DNA from: an uncultured Gammaproteobacteria bacterium
GTDB taxonomy: Bacteria > Patescibacteriota > Microgenomatia > UBA12405
DNA: 64,000 nucleotides
Direction of reading: 5' to 3'
Assembly (NCBI GenBank): GCA_964544275.1
Contig: CAZIZX010000002.1
Span: forward strand, 96,100-160,099
Below, piece after piece: positions 8,830-17,189 of this stretch. The notes under the pieces are model-generated. The model searched no databases. It saw nothing but the letters and a program-made list of their open reading frames with translations, and was not told the DNA's origin. Position numbers and translations under genes: made by a program. How positions within the stretch are numbered: the first letter of the stretch is position 1; every line of letters starts with the position of its first letter.

Positions 8830-10824
8830 ATGGCAGATATGCAAAAAAAATTATTGGTAGTGGAATCTCCGACTAAGGCTAGGACTATTGGAAAATATCT
8901 GGGGAAAGACTATCGGGTGTTGGCAACGGTGGGGCATTTAAGGGATTTGCCTTCGAGCAAAATGGGGGTGGACTTAGAAAATTTTGATGTTGATTACGTA
9001 ATCAGCCCGGATAAGAAAAGAGTGGTAAATGAGTTAATGAAGGCGGTGGTGGGGACAAGTTCAATATATATTGCGACAGACCCTGATCGTGAAGGCGAGG
9101 CGATAGCTTGGCATGTGCAGTGGTTGATTGAAAATTCAGGTAAGAAGAAGAAAAAAAGTAAGACTAATGTTGTTAGAGTAAGTTTTCATGAAATAACCCG
9201 ACAGGCGGTGGAAGAAGCCATAAAAGAACCTCGGGGTGTTGATTTGGATTTGGTGAATGCTCAGCAAGGGAGGCGGATCTTGGACCGGGTGGTGGGATAT
9301 AGCCTGTCACCGGTGTTATGGAAGAAGGTGAGGAGGGGATTGTCAGCGGGTAGGGTACAGTCGGTGGCGGTCAGATTAATTGTAGAAAGAGAGAGGGAAA
9401 TAGAGAAATTCAAGAAAGAAGAATATTTCAAGATTTGGGCAGATTTAGAAAAGAACGGGGAGGTATTTCGGGCTGATTTATCGAAAGTGGGCGGAAAAAA
9501 TGTATACAGAAATGAAAAAATAAGATTGTTTGACGGAGATTATTCTTATAGCCGAACTGTTTTTGATAACCAGGGAGAGGTAGATAAGTTTATTGAAAGT
9601 CTAAACAAAGAATTTAGAGTAGAAAAAGTTATTGGCAGGGAAGTGAGCAGGTCGCCGCTGCCAGCTTATACGACGTCAAAATTACAGCAAATGGCGGCCA
9701 GGAGATTTGGCTGGTCAGGAAAGCAGACAATGAGTGTGGCTCAAAGGCTTTATGAGCGGGGTTTGATTACCTATCATAGGACTGATTCGGTGTATCTGTC
9801 GGCCAGGTCCATAGAAGATTTTCGGAATTTCATTGAAGAAAAATACGGGAATGAGTATTTGTCGGCCAAATTTCGGGTTTACAAAAATACAGCTAAAAAC
9901 GCTCAGGAGGCCCATGAGGCAATCAGGCCGACGAATGTGGCGGTGATCGGTTTGGGCGAGGGAGATGCCCGGGAGAAAAAATTGTATGAAATAATCTGGA
10001 GGAGGGCAGTAGCGACCCAAGCGGCAGCAGCCAGAATGAGGAATACAACAGTAATATTGGCTAATCAAGCTGGATTGTTTCAATCTAAGGGGGTAAGGAT
10101 GTTGTTTGATGGTTATTTGAAAGTGAGCGGTGACAAGCATGAGGACCAGATATTGCCGGAACTATCAGAGGGAGAGATGGTCGAGAGTAAAAAAATTGCT
10201 CATGATAAAACCGAAACTAATCCTCCGCCTAGATATAGCGAGGCTGGCTTGGTAGCTTCTTTGGAAAAGCAGGGCATTGGCCGACCTAGTACGTATGCTC
10301 CGATTATTTCGACGATACAGCAGCGGCAGTATGTGGAGAAAGAAGAAGGAAAGTTTAAGCCAACGGTTTTGGGAATGGCGACAAATGATTTTTTGGTAAA
10401 AAATTTTGAGGATATTTTATCGTTGCCCTTTACCGCTGGGATGGAAGAAAGTTTGGATGAGGTGTCGTTGGGTAAATTAGACTGGAAGGTTATGATGAAA
10501 AAGTTTTGGGGTGGATTTGAGACGGAAGTGAAGCTGGCGGAAAAAAATGCAGAAAGAGTAAAGGTAGAAACGGAGAAGCTGGGAGAGAAGTGCCCGGAAT
10601 GCAAAGAGGGAGACTTGGTTATCCGAGTGGGTAGATTTGGTAAATTTATTTCCTGTTCCAGGTTTCCAGATTGTAAATATACGGCCCAATTTAAAGAAGC
10701 GGCAGGGTTTAAATGTCCGGAGTGTGGAGCTGAAGGAGTGGTCAAGAGGACCAAAACCGGCAGAAAATTTTTCGGTTGCAGTAACTACCCTAGTTGTAAG
10801 TGGGCCAGTTGGAAAAAGCCTTAG
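8830..10824 (+). CDS. topA: DNA topoisomerase I with two C-terminal Zn ribbons
   Basis: VVESPTKA, ATDPDREGE, SAGRVQS, LITYHRTDS, AHEAIRPT, GIGRPSTY. Confidence 0.97.
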   Translation: MADMQKKLLVVESPTKARTIGKYLGKDYRVLATVGHLRDLPSSKMGVDLENFDVDYVISPDKKRVVNELMKAVVGTSSIYIATDPDREGEAIAWHVQWLIENSGKKKKKSKTNVVRVSFHEITRQAVEEAIKEPRGVDLDLVNAQQGRRILDRVVGYSLSPVLWKKVRRGLSAGRVQSVAVRLIVEREREIEKFKKEEYFKIWADLEKNGEVFRADLSKVGGKNVYRNEKIRLFDGDYSYSRTVFDNQGEVDKFIESLNKEFRVEKVIGREVSRSPLPAYTTSKLQQMAARRFGWSGKQTMSVAQRLYERGLITYHRTDSVYLSARSIEDFRNFIEEKYGNEYLSAKFRVYKNTAKNAQEAHEAIRPTNVAVIGLGEGDAREKKLYEIIWRRAVATQAAAARMRNTTVILANQAGLFQSKGVRMLFDGYLKVSGDKHEDQILPELSEGEMVESKKIAHDKTETNPPPRYSEAGLVASLEKQGIGRPSTYAPIISTIQQRQYVEKEEGKFKPTVLGMATNDFLVKNFEDILSLPFTAGMEESLDEVSLGKLDWKVMMKKFWGGFETEVKLAEKNAERVKVETEKLGEKCPECKEGDLVIRVGRFGKFISCSRFPDCKYTAQFKEAAGFKCPECGAEGVVKRTKTGRKFFGCSNYPSCKWASWKKP

Positions 10825-11042
10825 GATTGCAGTTTGGCTTCAAGGTTTATTCTATTTTGGGATATTATTTGACGGCACTGAATGGATTCAGGCTGGACAC
10901 CGGCGATGGCACAAAAACAGTCAGTTCCGCACCTGTCACAGTTTATTTCAACCTGAGGGGAATCTATTCTGGTAAATCCCTGATGAGGAAGGCTGCCTGA
11001 TTTGGTAAACGACTTAAAGTTTTCGGGACGATTAGTAGCCAT
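10821..11042 (-). CDS. Small Cys-rich hypothetical protein (CxxCx3CxC...C)
   Basis: 73-aa ORF convergent with topA; TATACT abuts the ATG. Confidence 0.55.
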   Translation of the reverse strand: MATNRPENFKSFTKSGSLPHQGFTRIDSPQVEINCDRCGTDCFCAIAGVQPESIQCRQIISQNRINLEAKLQS

Positions 11043-11153
11043 AGTATAAATGAGTTAATTGGTAATTAGACCAATGATAAAGTGGGCGTAGGGGAAATGT
11101 AAGGAATATCTTGTGAATTTATTATGGGGTATAATCAAAAGTTGGGGTGGGTC

Positions 11154-13430
11154 TTACTCGATGCTGGTACGGCGACTATCGGTTAGAGGGGTAATGTTTT
11201 TTGTTTGAGGTGGTTTTGGAGTTAGTTTTGGTGTTGAATTATTGGGAGAAAGTGAATTTTGTTTTGGTTTGCCCCAACGTTGGCGGGAGATTTGGATAAG
11301 TTTTTGGCGGGCCTGGTTTTTGCAGGAAAGAGGTGGCAGGGTGACGGCATAAAACGGATTAGTGGTTTCAGAGTCGATTGAAAGTTTGTTGATAACTTGA
11401 TAGCGGCCGATTTTGACTAAGTCTTCGGGTGGAAATTGTGGTCCAAATTCTTTGCTTAAGATAAAGGCGTCCTGGTTGCCGACAACGAAAGAGACCATGG
11501 AGCCGACGTTGCCGAAAATAGCGTCCTGAATGGGGCGTTCAAGCTGGGCCATGTATTGATTGGCAACTATCAAATTTAATTTAAATTTGCGGGCTTCGGA
11601 GAGGATTTTGATAAACGAGGTGGTGGCGAAATTTTGAAATTCGTCAACATACAGGTAGAAATCGGACCTGGCCTCGGCTTCCTGGAAAACCCGGTTCATA
11701 GCTGAAAGTTGGATTTGGGTAATTAACATGGCACCAAGAAGAGCGGAGTTGTCTTCGCCTAATTTGCCGGTAGACAGATCGGCAATAAGAATTTTTTTCT
11801 CGTCCATAATTTGCTGGATATTGATTCTGGACTTAGGATGATTGATGGTGTTTCGGATGTTGCTGGAGGCAATAAACTGACCGACTTTGTTTAAAATGGG
11901 GGCAATAGCTTCGTTTTGGAATTTGGGATCCATACGGTTGAATTCATTGATCCAGAAATTTTTGAGAGTTTGGTTTCGGAGTTTGTTGATTACTTTGTCT
12001 CGGAAATTTTTGTTGGTGAGGATTTCAACGATGTCGACCAGGGTGGTATCGGGAGTGTTGACCAAAGTTAAGACGGCGTTTCTTAAAATGTGTTCAAGTC
12101 GGGGGCCCCAAGAGACTTCACCGTAGATTTTTTTGAAAATGGAGATAACGCCTGAAGCGACAAGTTCTTTTTGAGATTCATTTTGGGCTTCGAGAACATT
12201 GAGGGGATAGACGTATTCAGGATCAGCAGGATTGAAATAACAACAATCGTTAATACGATGAGAAGGTATGTAGTCAAGGATGTTATTGCATAAATCGCCG
12301 TGAGGATCGATAACAGCAACTCCACGGCCTTTGCGAATGTCGTCAATGGCCATGTTGGAAATTAAAGTAGTCTTGCCGGTACCGGACTTGCCGATAATAT
12401 ACATATGGCGACGGCGGTCTTCGCCTTGTTTGATGCCAAAGATGGAATCTTTGTTTCGAAACTCAGTTTTGGCAAAAAAGGTTATTTCTTTTTTTTGTTC
12501 TTCGGTAGTATCGTCGGCGACAGGAAGGTTTTCGGGTGGGTCGGAAAACAAATTTTTGCCCCAGGCGATGTTGGGCAGTTTGGTAAGTTTATTGGGAAAG
12601 TGCCAGAGAGCGGAGACTTCTTCGGTGTTGAGAATTTGGGATTTGAGTTTGGTAGAAATTTTACGATTTATGATGCAGTCGGGGAGTTTGTTGCGATTAA
12701 AAAGGTTAGGAGTAAAGGTCTTGATGGAGTTACCGCGGGGAGAGGTAAAGGCTCCGAAAGAGGAGGAAACTGAAGCAATCAGGCTAGGATTGTTAGAAGC
12801 GAGATTGATTTGAGCCAGGATACCGGGGAATTGAATTTTCTGTTCAAATATTGAACGGTCGGGATGAGCTTGGCGTAAGCCTTTTTCTTTGTCAATGACA
12901 ATACCGTTTTGGATAATATCCATTATTGAACTTTGCCAGTTTTTGGAGGCAGGACCGAGGATTATTTGATAGACAAAAAAGTCAGTAGTGCTATTTGATC
13001 GGGAAAGGGGGGCTAGGACGGAAACAAGAGGATCGGTATCGCGGAAATCACGGGCGGTTTTGAGGGGATAATTGTAGGATTTGGAGAGTCCGATTTGGGA
13101 GAAGTTGAGTAACTTGGGATTCTCCAGATCGGTAAAATAGTCCAGGGTATCTTTGGTGATGGCAGAAGGATATTGGGCTAGGATTTGGGATCGGACATAT
13201 TCCATGTTGTCGGTTGGCGCGACGACATAGAAATGAATTTGACCGTGACTAAGTACAATCTCCAGGCTGGCGATGGTCTTTCTTTTACCGCTAAGGCGGT
13301 CAATAAGAGAGGTGGAGCCGGATTGGGAGAAGTTACTTAAAAGTGAGGACATGGCTTCGAGGGTAAATTCGTTTTCTTGAGGGAGGCGGATTTCCAGTAT
13401 TGACAGGTTATTTTTGACGGTGTGCGCCAT
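11154..13430 (-). CDS. VirD4/TraD/HerA-like (DUF87-type) coupling ATPase
   Basis: DRRRHMYIIGKSGTGKT (Walker A), IDPHGDL, LYVDEFQNF (Walker B), SEARKF, ANQY. Confidence 0.88.
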   Translation of the reverse strand: MAHTVKNNLSILEIRLPQENEFTLEAMSSLLSNFSQSGSTSLIDRLSGKRKTIASLEIVLSHGQIHFYVVAPTDNMEYVRSQILAQYPSAITKDTLDYFTDLENPKLLNFSQIGLSKSYNYPLKTARDFRDTDPLVSVLAPLSRSNSTTDFFVYQIILGPASKNWQSSIMDIIQNGIVIDKEKGLRQAHPDRSIFEQKIQFPGILAQINLASNNPSLIASVSSSFGAFTSPRGNSIKTFTPNLFNRNKLPDCIINRKISTKLKSQILNTEEVSALWHFPNKLTKLPNIAWGKNLFSDPPENLPVADDTTEEQKKEITFFAKTEFRNKDSIFGIKQGEDRRRHMYIIGKSGTGKTTLISNMAIDDIRKGRGVAVIDPHGDLCNNILDYIPSHRINDCCYFNPADPEYVYPLNVLEAQNESQKELVASGVISIFKKIYGEVSWGPRLEHILRNAVLTLVNTPDTTLVDIVEILTNKNFRDKVINKLRNQTLKNFWINEFNRMDPKFQNEAIAPILNKVGQFIASSNIRNTINHPKSRINIQQIMDEKKILIADLSTGKLGEDNSALLGAMLITQIQLSAMNRVFQEAEARSDFYLYVDEFQNFATTSFIKILSEARKFKLNLIVANQYMAQLERPIQDAIFGNVGSMVSFVVGNQDAFILSKEFGPQFPPEDLVKIGRYQVINKLSIDSETTNPFYAVTLPPLSCKNQARQKLIQISRQRWGKPKQNSLSPNNSTPKLTPKPPQTKNITPLTDSRRTSIE

Positions 13431-13534
13431 GTGTATATTTTACATTATTTAAAATGGGGTAGAGAAACTAAGTCAGTAATAACAAACGAGGACTTACTTG
13501 TTGCAAAACAATACATATTGGTGTAGTATCGCAT

Positions 13535-13678
13535 ATGGAGCTAGTAAGACTTATAGTCTTGGATTGGCAAAGAAAATGTTTTGGAGATAAAAAGGATTTC
13601 TTGCGGCTGAAATTGGGCGATGACCTTAGAAAACAAACACTTGATATTATTATATTGAGTGATAATATAAGTCTATAA
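13535..13678 (+). CDS. Possible leaderless 47-aa ORF (MELVRLIVLDWQRKCFG...)
   Basis: TTGCAA-17-TAGTAT promoter 5 nt before ATG 13535; TAA at 13676-13678. Confidence 0.3.
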   Translation: MELVRLIVLDWQRKCFGDKKDFLRLKLGDDLRKQTLDIIILSDNISL

Positions 13679-13820
13679 TATTTTGAAGGATATCAAAAGA
13701 TATCAGCATCTTTTTTGTATTCTTCAGAAAGCACTTTGACAACCCGAAGGATTGGGATCTAAAGAGGACGTAAAAATTTGTGTTTTCTTTGGATCCCAAT
13801 AAAGAAAGAAGGTGATGCAA
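13641..13820 (+). promoter_or_regulatory. Structured leader, unit 1: promoter, hairpin, boxA-like 17-mer, long hairpin, extended SD-like tract
   Basis: TTGATA..TGaTAATAT; hairpin 13684-13726; AGCACTTTGACAACCCG 13730-13746; near-continuous stem 13751-13800; AGAAAGAAGGTGATGC. Confidence 0.6.
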
Positions 13821-13879
13821 ATTGATTGCGGGCTGAGTTTTTATCCCTCAAAAAACAACAGCGCAAAAAGGAGAGACTG

Positions 13880-13996
13880 ATGTCTGGGAAGTGCAAATCC
13901 TGTGTGTACAAAAACAACTGTGTCCGACGGAAGAAGTGCCCCGGCCCTGTTGTCAAGGGTCAGAGGTCGAGAAAAGTCTCTTCCGATGGGCGATAG
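13880..13996 (+). CDS. 38-aa basic 4-Cys microprotein MSGKCKSCVYKNNCVRRKKCPGPVVKGQRSRKVSSDGR
   Basis: AAGGAG SD upstream; CxxC-x5-C-x5-C; below the ORF track cutoff. Confidence 0.55.
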   Translation: MSGKCKSCVYKNNCVRRKKCPGPVVKGQRSRKVSSDGR

Positions 13997-14075
13997 ATCG
14001 CCAGAGAAGACGCCCAAGCGGCGAGCGGGACGACCACGGAGACCTAAACCGAGGCCGAAGACTAACTGCCGTTAG
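13986..14075 (+). CDS. 29-aa AT-hook-like microprotein MGDRSPEKTPKRRAGRPRRPKPRPKTNCR
   Basis: Overlaps the previous stop; GRP core in a K/R/P-rich context; hairpin follows. Confidence 0.45.
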   Translation: MGDRSPEKTPKRRAGRPRRPKPRPKTNCR

Positions 14076-14090
14076 GGCAAAATGTGGTGT

Positions 14091-14160
14091 GGGAGCCAAA
14101 ACAAAGCCGTTTTGGCTCCCTGCCCTGGACCTGGTGCATTGTTTATTTTTTGCTTTTTTG
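14091..14160 (+). terminator. 3' hairpin of unit 1 followed by a T-rich tract
   Basis: GGGAGCCAAAAC/GTTTTGGCTCCC (14091-14120). Confidence 0.6.
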
Positions 14161-14221
14161 GTGTTGAGTACACATTTTTCTTTTCTTTCGGGTTGTCTTT
14201 TATTGAAATTTAGTTTTAAGG

Positions 14222-14403
14222 GTGACTTTGAGACTAGTTTTCAATAAAATATAAGTTTTTGGAGCTAAAGACATAAAGCTTGTCAATTTAGCTTTGAAAA
14301 CAGCACTTTGACAACCCGGGGAACGATAGGGACCAAGAGAGACAGTTTTTTAAACTGTTTGTCTTGGTCCCTATTTGGATCAAGAAAGGAACAGGGTGAT
14401 GCC
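14222..14403 (+). promoter_or_regulatory. Structured leader, unit 2 (same architecture as unit 1)
   Basis: GTGACT-17-TAAAAT; hairpin 14255-14301; AGCACTTTGACAACCCG 14302-14318; stem 14326-14374; AAGAAAGGAACAGGGTGATGC. Confidence 0.6.
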
Positions 14404-14486
14404 ACCGTAGTCATGCGGCAATGATGCCAAGAAATTCTAGTTTATCCGCCGAACTTGAACTCCTACCCTCAAGGAGAAAACACAAC

Positions 14487-14684
14487 ATGCTTCCGGCTAA
14501 GAAAGAAAGAGTTGTTGACGATGACGTCGTCAGCACAGAAGAATATCGACGATCTCGCCGTCCTTCTCGGCAGCGTTCGGAAACGTATTATTGTATTGAC
14601 TCGAGCGGGGTTGTTCTTACTGCTCGGGAAGTGGCCGAGGCCCGAAAGGGTAACGGTCAAGAGCCGGTGAAGTTGGACGGCTAG
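14487..14684 (+). CDS. 65-aa charged small protein (MLPAKKERVVDDDVV...RRSRRPSRQRS...)
   Basis: AAGGAG at 14471-14476 favours ATG 14487 over 14421. Confidence 0.6.
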   Translation: MLPAKKERVVDDDVVSTEEYRRSRRPSRQRSETYYCIDSSGVVLTAREVAEARKGNGQEPVKLDG

Positions 14685-14697
14685 AGTTCGAGAAGAA

Positions 14698-14790
14698 GGG
14701 GGCGCTGCAAGCATTTTTGCAAACAGCGCCTCCGTATTTGTGGTGGTTTTTCGTTTTTGTTTTGTTCGTTTTTTCTTTTTTGTTTCCCGG
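14698..14790 (+). terminator. 3' hairpin of unit 2 followed by a T-rich tract
   Basis: GGGGGCGCTG/CAGCGCCTCC (14698-14733). Confidence 0.6.
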
Positions 14791-14848
14791 GTTGTTTTTA
14801 TATATAGTATTGCTTGTTTATAAAAATTTATTAAAATTTAAATAAGCT

Positions 14849-15064
14849 ATGAGTTGGGGGTCGAAAGAAAAACCGAAGGGTTTGTATTCGAATGGTACTT
14901 TTGATGGATTTAGGCCGTGCAGAATTGACGGAAAACCGGGTGTTTTGTTGAATGGGGTAGAAATGGCAAATTTAGCAGCGTTAGGATACGATGTAAAGCC
15001 GATAGAAATCAGGGTGGCTGAAAGAAAAAAACCAAGACATAATGGGCGAGGGTCATTGGATTAA
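14849..15064 (+). CDS. Hypothetical protein
   Basis: 71-aa ORF with codon style typical of the + strand. Confidence 0.6.
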   Translation: MSWGSKEKPKGLYSNGTFDGFRPCRIDGKPGVLLNGVEMANLAALGYDVKPIEIRVAERKKPRHNGRGSLD

Positions 15065-15069
15065 GTTTG

Positions 15070-15166
15070 TGATATAATTTCGAGGTTAAAGTTATTCATT
15101 TATTTTGGGCGTTAGTCCTGGGTAGTTCCTACCCCGCCTGTTTTAGAATTTAATAAGGACAAAATT
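15070..15166 (+). promoter_or_regulatory. rpsB promoter and structured leader (candidate S2 autoregulatory element)
   Basis: TGaTATAAT 15070-15078; GGGCG..GGGTAG-TTC-CTACCC-CGCCT 15107-15139. Confidence 0.5.
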
Positions 15167-16087
15167 ATGGAAAAAAAGAAGGTAATCAGTAAAACCGTCA
15201 ATCGAACCGGTAAAAGTTTGGTTAAAAAGGCATTGGTAGTTAATTCCCGCAAGCAGTCAAGTATCAATGCAGAACAGGTGAAGAGATTGAATGAAGAAGT
15301 AAAGGCAAAAAAAGAAAAGGTGGTGCAAGGTAGAAAATATCAGGAGAACTTAAAACCGGAAAAGAATGTTAAGGCAGATACCAATAAAAAACCGGATAAG
15401 AAATATGAACTGACGGTTGACATGAAAGATATGCTGAAGGCCGGAGCACATTTAGGTCACAAAGTGTCCAAAACTCATCCGAAAGCCAGGGACTATATAT
15501 ATACTTCGAAGGACGGAATCGAAATATTGGATCTGACCAGCTCTATTAAAGAATTCGAGAAAGCCTGTAATTTTGTTTACAACGCTAAAAGAAACGGTAA
15601 GCAGGTTCTGATGGTAGGTACCAAAAGACAGGCTAGGGAAGTAGTTAAAAGAGTGGCGATGGATGCCGGGGCTGCTTATGTAACTGACAGGTGGCTGGGG
15701 GGGACTATTACTAATTGGGAGGAAATCAGAAAGAATATTAAGAAATTAAAAGATTTGCGGGCCGGAATTGAAAATGGTACTTTTACTGAGCTGACCAAAA
15801 AAGAATTGTCGGATATGCAAAAAGAAATTGGTCGATTGGAAAGGAATGTTGGTGGTTTGGTCAACTTGGACAAATTGTTTGACATTTTGTTTGTGGTTGA
15901 TGCTGGTTTTGAGAAGACGGCTGTTCGGGAAGCCAGACTTCGAGGTGTTTCGGTGGTAGCTATGATTGATACCGATAGTAATCCGGACAAGATTGATTAT
16001 CCGATTCCAGCCAATGACGACAGCGTCAAAAGCGTTAATATGGTAGTTGAAGAAATTGGTAAGGCGATAAAGGCTGCCGGAGTTTAA
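15167..16087 (+). CDS. rpsB: 30S ribosomal protein S2 with a Lys-rich N-terminal extension
   Basis: MLKAGAHLGH, VGTKRQA, RWLGGTITN, DTDSNP, PANDDS. Confidence 0.96.
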   Translation: MEKKKVISKTVNRTGKSLVKKALVVNSRKQSSINAEQVKRLNEEVKAKKEKVVQGRKYQENLKPEKNVKADTNKKPDKKYELTVDMKDMLKAGAHLGHKVSKTHPKARDYIYTSKDGIEILDLTSSIKEFEKACNFVYNAKRNGKQVLMVGTKRQAREVVKRVAMDAGAAYVTDRWLGGTITNWEEIRKNIKKLKDLRAGIENGTFTELTKKELSDMQKEIGRLERNVGGLVNLDKLFDILFVVDAGFEKTAVREARLRGVSVVAMIDTDSNPDKIDYPIPANDDSVKSVNMVVEEIGKAIKAAGV

Positions 16088-16107
16088 AAGTTAAGTATTT
16101 TTTAAAT

Positions 16108-16566
16108 ATGGACCAAAAACAAATTATTGAATTAGTTAAAAAAATTAGAAGTGAGACGAGTTTGGGGATCATGGAAATAAAAGCGGCCTTGGAAGAAGCC
16201 AACGGTGATGAAAAGAGAGCTAGAGAGATATTGAAAGAGAGGGGATTCAAAAAAGCCGAAAGTAAGAAAGAACGGGAAACCCGACAGGGAAGAGTGGTTA
16301 CTTATACCCATACTACCGGGAAAATTGGGGTAATGATTGAAATCTTGTGTGAGACTGATTTTGTAGCTAAGAACGAAGAGTTTATGGCTTTGAGCCGGGA
16401 TATGGCTTTGCAGGTGGCGGCGATGAATCCGGAATCGGTAGAGAAATTGATGGAGCAGGAGTTCATTAAAGATCCGACTCAAAAAGTTGGTGATTTAGTT
16501 CAGGTCTTGATCGCTAAGTTGGGTGAGAATATTAAAGTGGGTCGAATGGCAAGGTTTGAAATTTAG
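16108..16566 (+). CDS. tsf: Elongation factor Ts (short form)
   Basis: VKKIR.ETSLGIME.K.AL, CETDFVA, QEFIKDP, LGENI. Confidence 0.94.
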   Translation: MDQKQIIELVKKIRSETSLGIMEIKAALEEANGDEKRAREILKERGFKKAESKKERETRQGRVVTYTHTTGKIGVMIEILCETDFVAKNEEFMALSRDMALQVAAMNPESVEKLMEQEFIKDPTQKVGDLVQVLIAKLGENIKVGRMARFEI

Positions 16567-16593
16567 GCAATAAGTAGAGGTTGTTTCTGGATG

Positions 16594-16618
16594 AAGCCCC
16601 GCTTGGCGGGGCTTTTTT
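16594..16618 (+). terminator. Rho-independent terminator after tsf
   Basis: AAGCCCCGC-TTG-GCGGGGCTTTTTT. Confidence 0.85.
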
Positions 16619-16633
16619 GTTATACTAGGCTAT

Positions 16634-17185
16634 ATGCTAAACACAATCGCAATAAGGTCGAGAATGGATAAAATTATGGAGATATTTGGAGAGGACATCG
16701 GATCGATAAGGACGGGAAGGGCGACACCGGGTTTGATTGAAAATGTTTTGGTGTCGGTATATGGCGGGCAGAAGATGAGGCTGATGGAGTTGGGGACGAT
16801 TTTGGTACCGGATGTGCGGACTTTGACTTTTCAACCTTGGGACGTGTCGGTATTGAAAGAGGTGAGTAATGGAATTGCTGTAGCCAATATTGGAATGAAT
16901 CCGGTAGTAGATGGGCAGTTGATAAGGATATCTTTGCCGGTGATGACAACGGAGCAAAGGGAAGACTATATTAAACTTTTGGGACGGAAGTTAGAAGGGG
17001 CCAGGGGAATGGTTCGGGATGTTCGGGGGGATTTCCGTAAAGATTTGCAGGATGCCAAGCAAGAGAAAACGATATCTGAGGATGAATATAAAAGAGATGA
17101 GACCGAACTGCAAAAAATTAACGATGAGTATATGTTAAAACTGGAAAAATTAGCTCAAAAGAAAGAGGAAGAAATCAGAGGATAG
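16634..17185 (+). CDS. frr: Ribosome recycling factor
   Basis: IRTGRATP, QPWD, ISEDE. Confidence 0.94.
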   Translation: MLNTIAIRSRMDKIMEIFGEDIGSIRTGRATPGLIENVLVSVYGGQKMRLMELGTILVPDVRTLTFQPWDVSVLKEVSNGIAVANIGMNPVVDGQLIRISLPVMTTEQREDYIKLLGRKLEGARGMVRDVRGDFRKDLQDAKQEKTISEDEYKRDETELQKINDEYMLKLEKLAQKKEEEIRG

Positions 17186-17189
17186 AGTT

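Noticed and set aside
13891-14247. 118-aa ORF from the track
   Set aside because: No SD, and it runs through the 3' hairpin and T tract; the SD-led ORF at 13880 in another frame fits better
13730-14318. 17-bp direct repeat as a CRISPR array or att sites
   Set aside because: Only two copies 572 bp apart, no cas or adjacent integrase, and both sit within a shared promoter-hairpin architecture
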